From: Acidobacteriota bacterium
GTDB lineage: Bacteria; Acidobacteriota; Thermoanaerobaculia; Multivoradales; J023
Direction: 5' to 3'
DNA: 32,050 nucleotides
Assembly: GCA_039029035.1 (NCBI GenBank)
Contig: JBCCGX010000002.1
Span: forward strand, 1 to 32,050
Positions 17,302-24,717 of the stretch are shown here, one piece after another. Numbering within the stretch: position 1 is the stretch's first letter; every line of letters starts with the position of its first letter. Position numbers and translations under genes: made by a program. A model generated the notes under the pieces. The model saw nothing but the letters and a program-made list of their open reading frames with translations. It searched no databases and was not told the origin of the DNA.

Positions 17302-17492
17302 GGTTTCCACCCAGCACTGATTCTATGAAAGAACCGGTCCTGCGGCAGGTGTCTTGGAAATATTTCAGTGATCCCTGTGTGTTTATTCTCCTACCGACCA
17401 TTCGGCACGATGTCGTCGCTCAATTTGAGACCGCTCGATTTTCTATTGCCAATATCTTGGTGGTGGCTATATTTCAAGGTTTTCTCGGTCGA

Positions 17493-17596
17493 TGCCATGT
17501 TTGTCGTCATGTTCACTGTCTCCTACCGTCATATTGGTAGTCGTCATGTTCGCCGGCATATTGCGCCTGTTATGTGATCTGTAACTTCGACGTCAT
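17493..17596 (+). promoter_or_regulatory. Site D: array of about 6 CGTCAT-type direct repeats in the AT-rich divergent spacer between the binding-protein and S8 protease genes
   Basis: Hexamers start at 17493 TGCCAT, 17505 CGTCAT, 17527 CGTCAT, 17542 CGTCAT, 17554 CGGCAT and 17591 CGTCAT. There are two 12-bp-phased pairs (17493/17505 and 17542/17554). The exact 12-mer GTCGTCATGTTC occurs at 17503-17514 and 17540-17551. Confidence 0.5.
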
Positions 17597-17970
17597 CTTT
17601 TTTGTCAGGTTGAGATCATCAAATGGATTTGTCGAGAACACAAGACAGGGACTGATCGAACGCATAGTCAAGAACTTGACTGTTTATCGGCGCATTGTTT
17701 CGGCGATGCGTCGTTCGAGGCCGGATGCTCGGGCATGGTCGTCGCGAGCTGCTGGCGAACAGGTTCCCGCGTCAGCGCCCTCCGGGTTGACTTCGGCCTT
17801 CATCCGCAGCGAGCCGATTCGACCGAAATCTCCTCATCGGTTCTCCCGGGGGGCGCTGCTTTTTCGAGACCTGGATGATCGGCAGGTGACGCGTTTGGAT
17901 CGGCGGTCTGAATTGGCTCCCGTCGACATCGACTCACAACGTCGCAACTGGCAGAAGATAGGAGGGTTTG

Positions 17971-19413
17971 ATGTTAGCTCGTACCACCCGTTCGTTGCTC
18001 CTTATCGTCGTTCTCGCACCCTTGGGGCTCGCACCCGCACTAGCGCAACCGCCAACTTCGCCGCCCGACAACGACTTCATCCTGCGCGGCTCGGCGACGG
18101 GCCTGGCGTCGGTTCTGGCGAGCCACGGGCTGACCGAGATCGACCGCCTCGACTCGCAGCCCGCGGGGGAGGATGTCTGCCTGGTGCGCGCCGACGCCAT
18201 GGCGGATCCGCAGCAGGTGGTTGACGACCTGAGCCTCGAGCCAGCGGTCAACGCGGTGGAAGAAGTCTTGCTCGCCAACCTACCGGAGACCTACAGCAGC
18301 ATGGACCTCGAGCCGCTGATGTCGGTCGTAACCGGGGCGCTGGGCGACGCCAGCACCGTGGCTTTCGGTACCGATGCGGCGGGGAACAGTCGCTCGGTCT
18401 GGACCAGCTATGTCGATCAGACCGCTGCCCAGATCCTTCGAATCAGCGAAGCGCAGAGTACCTATGACGGTAGCGGAGCGATCGTCGCGGTCATCGACTC
18501 CGGCATTGACCCTGACCACCCGCTCTTCGCCGGCCACTTGGTACCGGGCTACGATTTCGTCTTGGATCAGCCCGGAACCGCGTCCGAATGGTCTCTACTC
18601 AACGAGTCGAGTATGGCGATCCTCGGCGAGTCTTCGATGGCGATTCTCGGCACCGAGGATACGGTGCGGATCAATGAGTCGTCGATGGCGATTCTTGGTG
18701 ATCATCAGGCCAACGATCTGGTGGTCGAAGACATTCCGCCTGCCTTCGGCCACGGCACCATGGTCGCAGGCATCATCCACCGTGTCGCGCCGGGCGCCAA
18801 GATCATGCCGCTGCGGGCTTTCGACGGCGACAGTACCGCCAGCCTGTTCAACATCGTGCGCGCTATCCACTACGCGGTAGACAACGGTGCGACGGTGATC
18901 AACATGAGCTTCAGCCTCGAGACTTTTTCTTGGGAGCTGGTGCGGGCAGTGGGCTACGCTCTGTCGAACGGTGTGAGGCTGATCGCTTCGGTGGGCAACG
19001 CTGGCAGCAACATAGTGGTCTTCCCTGCCGGCTTGCTCGGCGTCTTCGGTGTCGCGTCGTCGGACGATGTCGACAGCCTGAGCGGCTTCTCCAACTTTGG
19101 TCTGCTTCAGGCGACCATCGCGGCGCCGGGCGAGAACGTGATCACGGCCTACCCGGGCGGCGGTTGGGCAGCAGCTTCCGGTACCTCGTTCGCCGCGCCC
19201 TGGGTCAGCGGTGCGGTCGCCTTGTTTGCCGACAAAAGGGGAAGTGGTGGTCCAGGCGAGGTGAGGACGCTCGAGATCCTCAGTGCTCTCGGAGCGGACG
19301 ATCCGCTTTATGGGGCCTCACCCAACAGTGTGTTCCACGAACGGCTCGACATCAAGGCGGCCCTCGACTCAATTAGCGAGGGGGGCGCAGGACCGTGGTG
19401 GTGGGGTAATTGA
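17971..19413 (+). CDS. Secreted subtilisin-like serine protease (peptidase S8)
   Basis: GGAGGG lies 4 nt before ATG 17971 (TTG 17968 is also open). The signal peptide is MLARTTRSLLLIVVLAPLGLAPALAQ. The catalytic triad motifs are VAVIDSGID (Asp), HGTMVAGI (His) and GTSFAAPWVSG (Ser). Confidence 0.95.
   Translation: MLARTTRSLLLIVVLAPLGLAPALAQPPTSPPDNDFILRGSATGLASVLASHGLTEIDRLDSQPAGEDVCLVRADAMADPQQVVDDLSLEPAVNAVEEVLLANLPETYSSMDLEPLMSVVTGALGDASTVAFGTDAAGNSRSVWTSYVDQTAAQILRISEAQSTYDGSGAIVAVIDSGIDPDHPLFAGHLVPGYDFVLDQPGTASEWSLLNESSMAILGESSMAILGTEDTVRINESSMAILGDHQANDLVVEDIPPAFGHGTMVAGIIHRVAPGAKIMPLRAFDGDSTASLFNIVRAIHYAVDNGATVINMSFSLETFSWELVRAVGYALSNGVRLIASVGNAGSNIVVFPAGLLGVFGVASSDDVDSLSGFSNFGLLQATIAAPGENVITAYPGGGWAAASGTSFAAPWVSGAVALFADKRGSGGPGEVRTLEILSALGADDPLYGASPNSVFHERLDIKAALDSISEGGAGPWWWGN
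18604..18699 (+). repeat. In-frame 24-nt periodic repeat inside the S8 gene encoding ESSMAILG three times (units 1, 2 and 4; unit 3 = TEDTVRIN)
   Basis: Unit 1, 18604-18627: gagtcgagtatggcgatcctcggc. Unit 2, 18628-18651: gagtcttcgatggcgattctcggc. Unit 4, 18676-18699: gagtcgtcgatggcgattcttggt. Every nucleotide difference among the three units is synonymous. Confidence 0.9.
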
Positions 19414-19481
19414 GCTACACGATTGGGGGTTTTGCATTGTCACTGGTCAAAGTGGCGATTTTGCCTCTCAGGCACGCTGAC

Positions 19482-19571
19482 GAGCGTCGATCGGGCAACT
19501 CTCGCGCTGGAGGTGGGCGATCGAGCTTCGATCACGAGGTTGATCGTGGCGACAACTGACGATCGACGCTC
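19482..19571. repeat. 12-13 bp inverted repeat flanking a GATC-dense non-coding segment
   Basis: GAGCGTCGATCG (19482-19493) pairs with CGATCGACGCTC (19560-19571). The interior holds a further GATCGA-gct-TCGATC hairpin. The surrounding 19480-19720 carries about 9 copies of (C/T)GATCG and has no ORF of 60 aa or more on the plus strand. Confidence 0.7.
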
Positions 19572-19858
19572 GATCGCCGTATGCGCGGCCTCGACTTGAC
19601 CGGAACGAGCGGAACGAGCGTCGTCGCGGTCATCTCGACTCGGTTTGATCGGCGATCGAGGCTCGTTTGCCAGTTGATGGGATGCGAGATAGGGCGATCG
19701 ACGGTCGATTGACTCTTTGACCGTCACGCGAGTTGTAATTTTTCAGTGATTGGAATTGTCAGGTTTGGAGTGTGGAATGACACTCGGCATCCGGTAAAAG
19801 TCGCGCCCGAGTGGGCGAAGGGTAAGCAAATCTCGCCGGATTCCAGGTGTGAGACCCG

Positions 19859-20422
19859 ATGACTCGAGAACAATCCAGGAACGACCCTGGAAGGATCTTT
19901 GCCAAGTCTGATCGAGCCGCGAAGAGAGCTTGCCGGCGTGCGGCGAGGCGCAAGGGGCGCGCTGAGGTCGCATCGGATCCGGCTGATGTCTACAGCCGGA
20001 TCATGCTGACGGGGGTCTTGGCCCTCGGCTTGGCGGGTGTGGCGGGCGGCGGTTACGCCGTGGCCAAACTCCAGCAGGCGGTCGAGTCGGAGCTCGAACC
20101 CTCCCGAGTTGCGGGGCCATACCCCGGTGCGGCAGTCCTCCCGGCACAGCTGGTCGAGGAGGGGTATGGCCCCTCGCCTCTGACGTGGGCTGTAGGTTTG
20201 GTTTTTTCGCTGGCGGTGGCCTTTGCCGTCGCACGCTGCCTCGAGCGATGTATTGCGTGCCCGCTCTCTCGTCCGGCAGCCACCGCCAGCGAGCTCCCGG
20301 GGGGAGCTGCCGTCGTCATTGGCCCGGCTCTCGACACCCGGATGCCGATCACGCTGGCGTTGACTCACGGCTGGCGATCGTCGGAACGGACAGTTCGAAA
20401 GGTAAGTTTTGGCAAGTCCTGA
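19859..20422 (+). CDS. Possible small membrane protein (two predicted TM helices), hypothetical
   Basis: 187-aa ORF with a basic N-terminus and two hydrophobic helices (IMLTGVLALGLAGVAGGGYAVA and LTWAVGLVFSLAVAFAVA). GC3 is moderately high, and the overlapping minus-strand ORFs are Arg-rich junk. The RBS is weak (AGGTG, 9-nt spacer). Confidence 0.4.
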   Translation: MTREQSRNDPGRIFAKSDRAAKRACRRAARRKGRAEVASDPADVYSRIMLTGVLALGLAGVAGGGYAVAKLQQAVESELEPSRVAGPYPGAAVLPAQLVEEGYGPSPLTWAVGLVFSLAVAFAVARCLERCIACPLSRPAATASELPGGAAVVIGPALDTRMPITLALTHGWRSSERTVRKVSFGKS

Positions 20423-20514
20423 CAGGAAAGTGTTGGCGCGCGTGCGCCCTTCGGGTCAGTTGTCGGTCCTCTTTGGCAGTCGATGGCTCCTCCTCGACTC
20501 GCTGTGTCCCGGAG

Positions 20515-20536
20515 GGCGCCGCTTTTTTTCGGCGCC
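20515..20536 (+). terminator. Hairpin with a T-rich loop downstream of the 187-aa ORF (non-canonical terminator candidate)
   Basis: GGCGCCG (20515-20521) / CGGCGCC (20530-20536) with loop CTTTTTTT. The T-run is inside the loop rather than after the stem. Confidence 0.3.
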
Positions 20537-20662
20537 GACAGGTTCTCGCCCAGTGCTTTCCGATCCAACTCCTGCTCCCCAGCCGCCGGCTCTCGGGCAG
20601 GAAGGAAACTCGAAAGCAGACGGCGGCTCGGAGAGCGAGTTATTGAAATTTATGGATTTCAA

Positions 20663-20680
20663 CGTCATTTAGGCCGTCAG
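20663..20680 (+). promoter_or_regulatory. Site E: direct repeat CGTCAT-N6-CGTCAG
   Basis: CGTCATttaggcCGTCAG in a 12-bp register, in an AT-richer patch. It is co-oriented with the downstream small ORF (327 nt away) and the hybrid kinase (516 nt away). Confidence 0.45.
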
Positions 20681-20799
20681 ATTGCTCGCCTATTCTCATT
20701 CTCAGCCGGTCAACGAAGTATCTTGAAGCCGGTCGTCGACGACCTAGTCGTTGAATCCACTGAGGTGATCTAGAGCACTTTCCTGCTGTATAGCTCGAG

Positions 20800-20823
20800 G
20801 GACTCAGTCGCCAGGCTGAGTCC
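20800..20823. other. 8-bp stem hairpin
   Basis: GGACTCAG (20800-20807) / CTGAGTCC (20816-20823) with an 8-nt loop, in non-coding DNA. Confidence 0.3.
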
Positions 20824-20849
20824 GATCCTTTCCAAACGCAGAGTCGGAC

Positions 20850-20864
20850 GTGATCTGAGATCAC
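20850..20864. promoter_or_regulatory. Perfect 15-bp palindrome, candidate dimeric-regulator operator
   Basis: GTGATCT-g-AGATCAC. It lies about 145 nt upstream of the 44-aa ORF and about 330 nt upstream of the hybrid kinase start. Confidence 0.35.
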
Positions 20865-21006
20865 ATGACTCTTAGCAGAAAGTCGCGGCCAGGTTGGTAG
20901 TGGCAGGGCCGCGTGTAGTGCAGTTAACCCAGGCCCGGAATTGGCCCGGCAAAGGCCCCCTGGCCGGCCAGTCGCCCGAGTACGGGCGAGAAGGAAGAGG
21001 TTTGCC

Positions 21007-21141
21007 ATGATCCCAAAACGCAACGTGTTGCTGTGCCTTGCTAGCGCGTGGTTGCTCGCGACCTTGCTGCGATGGCCCGCGCCGCGCCTCGTCGACACTG
21101 AAGTCATCGAGACACAGCACGGCGGATTGACCGCTAGCTGA
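21007..21141 (+). CDS. Candidate 44-aa small protein with an N-terminal signal/TM-like segment
   Basis: AAGGAAGAGG ends 6 nt before ATG 21007. The peptide is MIPKRNVLLCLASAWLLATLLRWPAPRLVDTEVIETQHGGLTAS. It ends 55 nt before the hybrid kinase start. It is too short to judge coding potential by eye. Confidence 0.3.
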   Translation: MIPKRNVLLCLASAWLLATLLRWPAPRLVDTEVIETQHGGLTAS

Positions 21142-21195
21142 GAAGCGCTGGCGCGAGACCGTTCAGGCGGTGAGGCGACTGATAGGAGCGCGACG

Positions 21196-24100
21196 ATGAG
21201 GACGAGAGACTTACGAGGCGTAACATTGTCGAACCCACTGGGACGACAGGCTTGGCAAAGGGCTGGAGGTGTCAGCAAAGCGGTCCGCAGGCTCTCTATG
21301 ATCGGCTTGTTGGGGCTGATGTCAGCCTGTTCCTGGGGCTCGCCGTCGTCGACTTGCTGCGACGGTTTTGGGGGCGAGGCGTCGAACAACGCCGGGGTTT
21401 GGAGCCGTGCGGGGTTCGAGTCGGCTGGCGAGGGCTCGCCAGGGCTGTGGAGGGCGGGCTGGGGCTATGGCGCCTATGCCCTGGTCCTGGCAGTCGTGCT
21501 GCTGCTTTTCGTCCGTGCCCTCGATCGTAAGAGGATCCGCGGCGCCGAGCTGGCGCGGGCCAACGAAGTACTGAAGCGTGAGATCGCCCAGCGCCGGGAG
21601 CGGGAAGAGGAGCTTCAGCGCGAGAAAGAGAAAGCGCAGGCAGTGCTCGACGTTGCTGAGGTCGTGATGGTGGCGATCGACCCGCAGGGCAAAGTGAGCC
21701 TAGTCAACCACGCCGGCTGTCGCTTGTTGGGCTATTCGGAAGAGGAGATCCTGGGCAAAGACTGGGCCGAGCACTTCGTGCCCGATGAGTTGCGCGACGA
21801 CGTGCGGGCTCGGCTCGGCAACCGCCACGCGAACAACGCCTACTCGTATCCGGTGCAGACCGCCGACGGCGAGGTTCGGCTCTTGGAATGGCGCACCGCC
21901 CGGCTGCCAAGGCACGATGATCAGCCAGCCGGAACCCTGAGCTCGGGCTCTGATATCACCGAGATCCGGCGCCTGGCAGCGGCAAAGGAGACGGCCGAGA
22001 TCGCCAGCCGTGCGAAGTCGCAGTTCCTGGCCAACATGAGCCATGAAATCCGCACGCCAATGAACGGCGTCATCGGCATGCTCGAGCTGCTCAGCGAATG
22101 TGAGCTCTCGGGGCGCGAGCGACGCTTCGCCGATACCGCCTATCGCTCGGCCAAGAGTCTGCTCGACATCCTCAACGACATCCTCGACTTCTCCAAGATC
22201 GAAGCCGGCAAGCTGGAGCTCGAAGCGGTGGACTTCGACTTGCGGGACCTGGTTGAGGATCTCTCGGACCTCTTCGCCGAGCGCTCGCGGGAGAAAGGCT
22301 TGGAACTGGTGGCACAAGTGGCCCATGACCTGCCGACGGCGTTGCGAGGCGATCCCACGCGGTTGCGCCAAATTCTCTCCAACTTGGCGGGCAATGCGGT
22401 CAAGTTCACCGAGGCCGGCGAGGTGGTCATCCGAGTTTCGGGCTGCCCATTCGGTGAGCAAGCTGTCGGCGTGCGTTTCGAAGTCTCGGACACCGGGGTC
22501 GGTCTCGATACGGAAGCCAAGGCGCGGATCTTCGAGTCGTTCCAGCAGGCGGACGGCTCAACCACGCGGAAGTTCGGTGGCACCGGCCTCGGCCTGGCGA
22601 TCTCGCGGGAGTTGGTGGCACTGATGGGTGGCGAGATCGGCGTCGAGAGCACCCTGGGTGGCGGTTCGACCTTTTGGTTCGTGGTCCATTTGGATCGGCA
22701 AGTTGGAGTGCGTCGTCGCGAGTTGCCGCCGTTCGAGGGCAAGCTGCCGCGGGTCATGGTGGTCGACGACAACGCTTCGAGCCGGCGCAGTTTGCTCGAT
22801 CAGCTCGAAGGGTGGGGGCTGCCGGTCAGCGCGGTCGGCGATAGCTCGCAAGCATTGCACATCCTACTCACCTCAGCCCAGCGCGGCGAAGCCTTCGATC
22901 TGGCGCTGATCGATCAGTGCATGCCGGGGATGGACGGCATGGTGCTGACCCGCGCCATCCGTGCAATATCCGACCTCGAGGCGTTGGCCTTGGTGCAGTT
23001 GGTCAACGGCGCTCCAGTGGATGACACCGAGCTTTGGCAAGCCGGCATCCGGGGCCATCTGACCAAACCGATTCGGCGCGCCGACCTGCACGCCGCGATT
23101 GCCGGTCGGAGTGGCTCGGCCGCCATCATCAAGCGGGGCAAAGCGGCCGCCGGTGAGGTGTTGCCTGATGTGCGGATCCTGGTCGTGGAGGACAACCTGG
23201 TCAATCAAGAAATGGTGATGAGCATCTTGGGCAACTTGTGGGCCGAGGCCGACTTGGCAGAGAACGGCCGCACGGCGGTCGATCTTGCCGCGCGTCGGCC
23301 CTACGACCTGATCCTAATGGATTGTCAAATGCCGCTCATGGATGGCTATGAAGCGACCCGGGCAATCCGTCGCATCGAGTCTGTCGAGGGGCTGCCGTCC
23401 GGCGAAGGAGCGGGACAAATCGGTACACCCCAGCGGGTGCCGATTATTGCCATGACGGCCAATGCCATGAAAGGGGACCGCGAGCAGTGCCTTGATTGCG
23501 GCATGGACGATTATCTGAGCAAGCCCTTCGGTCAGGCCCAGCTGCGTGAGATCTTGGGGCGCTGGCTGCCGGGGTCCGCTTGGCAGGAGGCCGGACCAAA
23601 GGTTCCGGCGGCCGAAGTCGACAGCCCTGGTCTGCCGTCTGGCGCCGGTGCTGTGGTGCGGGGAGGCGGCGCGCCGAGCCCCGGAAGGACGACGGGCGAA
23701 GTGACGAAGCCCAGTAGGGATCTGCTCGCCGGACTGGACATTCTGCTGGTCGACGACAGCGAGCTCAGCCACCACGCGGTCGGTGGTATGCTCGAGCATC
23801 TCGGAGCCCAGGTCGAGGCAGCGGTTAACGGCCGTGAAGCCGTGGATCTGATCTCTCGTCGAGATTTCGACCTGGTGCTGATGGACTGTGAAATGCCTGT
23901 CATGGATGGGTACGCAGCGACTCGGGCGATTCGCCAGCGTGAGGTCGCCAAGCAACTGGCGGGAGAAGAGAAGCCCCTGGACCGGGGCAAAGGGCGGTTG
24001 CCGATCATCGCCATCACCGGCAACGTCGCGCCGGTCGATCAGGAAAAAGGGCTATCGGCCGGCATGGATGACTGTTTGCCCAAGCCTTTTGGTTTGGCGG

Positions 24101-24582
24101 AGCTCTCACGTTGCCTCGAACACTGGCTGCTGGGCAACCGGCGGCCGCTGGCGAGGCGTCCGGTGGAGCAACTGGCAGCGGTCCCGCTGTCGGCTGCGCC
24201 TGCTGACTCGCCGTCGGCTGTTGGCCTGGCAGTCCTCGAGCCCGGTCCGATCGAGGAGATCCGCGCGCTAGAAGCGCAGGGTTCTCGCGGGCTGCTCGAG
24301 CGCATGGTCCGCGGCTACATCCAGAGCGCTCGCGAGCTTCAGGCGGCTCTCGGTGAAGGGATCGCCGTCGGTGACCTCGAAAAAATACGCTATTCCTCCC
24401 ACACTCTGAAGTCGAACAGTGCCAGCCTCGGTGCGGTTCGCCTGGCATCACTCTACGAACGCCTCGAGGGTATGGCGCGCCGTGGCGTCACCTCCGGGGC
24501 GACGCGACTCCTGGCGGATGTCGAGCCCGAGATGGCCCGCGTCCGGGCCGCACTCGAGGCCGAGTGTCACCGCGTGTCGTGA
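21196..24582 (+). CDS. Membrane-anchored hybrid sensor histidine kinase: TM-PAS-HisKA-HATPase_c-REC-REC-REC-Hpt
   Basis: AGGAG lies 7 nt before ATG 21196. The TM helix is [13 protein letters not shown], followed by a coiled coil and a PAS-like segment. The H-box is [18 protein letters not shown], with G-boxes SDTGVGLD and GTGLGLAIS. The three receivers carry [42 protein letters not shown] and [24 protein letters not shown]. The C-terminal Hpt motif is [14 protein letters not shown]. Confidence 0.95.
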   Translation: MRTRDLRGVTLSNPLGRQAWQRAGGVSKAVRRLSMIGLLGLMSACSWGSPSSTCCDGFGGEASNNAGVWSRAGFESAGEGSPGLWRAGWGYGAYALVLAVVLLLFVRALDRKRIRGAELARANEVLKREIAQRREREEELQREKEKAQAVLDVAEVVMVAIDPQGKVSLVNHAGCRLLGYSEEEILGKDWAEHFVPDELRDDVRARLGNRHANNAYSYPVQTADGEVRLLEWRTARLPRHDDQPAGTLSSGSDITEIRRLAAAKETAEIASRAKSQFLANMSHEIRTPMNGVIGMLELLSECELSGRERRFADTAYRSAKSLLDILNDILDFSKIEAGKLELEAVDFDLRDLVEDLSDLFAERSREKGLELVAQVAHDLPTALRGDPTRLRQILSNLAGNAVKFTEAGEVVIRVSGCPFGEQAVGVRFEVSDTGVGLDTEAKARIFESFQQADGSTTRKFGGTGLGLAISRELVALMGGEIGVESTLGGGSTFWFVVHLDRQVGVRRRELPPFEGKLPRVMVVDDNASSRRSLLDQLEGWGLPVSAVGDSSQALHILLTSAQRGEAFDLALIDQCMPGMDGMVLTRAIRAISDLEALALVQLVNGAPVDDTELWQAGIRGHLTKPIRRADLHAAIAGRSGSAAIIKRGKAAAGEVLPDVRILVVEDNLVNQEMVMSILGNLWAEADLAENGRTAVDLAARRPYDLILMDCQMPLMDGYEATRAIRRIESVEGLPSGEGAGQIGTPQRVPIIAMTANAMKGDREQCLDCGMDDYLSKPFGQAQLREILGRWLPGSAWQEAGPKVPAAEVDSPGLPSGAGAVVRGGGAPSPGRTTGEVTKPSRDLLAGLDILLVDDSELSHHAVGGMLEHLGAQVEAAVNGREAVDLISRRDFDLVLMDCEMPVMDGYAATRAIRQREVAKQLAGEEKPLDRGKGRLPIIAITGNVAPVDQEKGLSAGMDDCLPKPFGLAELSRCLEHWLLGNRRPLARRPVEQLAAVPLSAAPADSPSAVGLAVLEPGPIEEIRALEAQGSRGLLERMVRGYIQSARELQAALGEGIAVGDLEKIRYSSHTLKSNSASLGAVRLASLYERLEGMARRGVTSGATRLLADVEPEMARVRAALEAECHRVS

Positions 24583-24717
24583 GCGCGGTAATGCGCTTCG
24601 TAATGTTGTCCTCATACTCTCTGACTCGAGCGGCGAAAGCGTCGCGCCACCGGATCGCCAGCGATCCCTACAACTGGGTCAAGGCGGGCTCGTCCGCCAG
24701 CATCGAGAGGACACGGA

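Noticed and set aside
17574-18224. 216-aa plus-strand ORF spanning the spacer and the S8 5' end
   Set aside because: It is out of frame with the S8 gene, Arg-rich and without an RBS. The AT-rich part is better explained as regulatory DNA.
19480-19800. GATC cluster as a replication origin
   Set aside because: I found no DnaA-box (TTATCCACA-like) array, no adjacent dnaA/dnaN, and no AT-rich unwinding element. The nearest resemblance (TGTGGAATGA at about 19770) is a single poor match.
19724-21389. Minus-strand ORFs 19724-20368 (214 aa) and 20640-21389 (249 aa), and other overlapping ORFs in the gene-poor region
   Set aside because: Their composition is Arg/Ser/Pro-rich with no motifs. The 249-aa ORF runs antisense into the hybrid-kinase start. 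I kept only the plus-strand two-TM ORF and the 44-aa ORF, both at low confidence.
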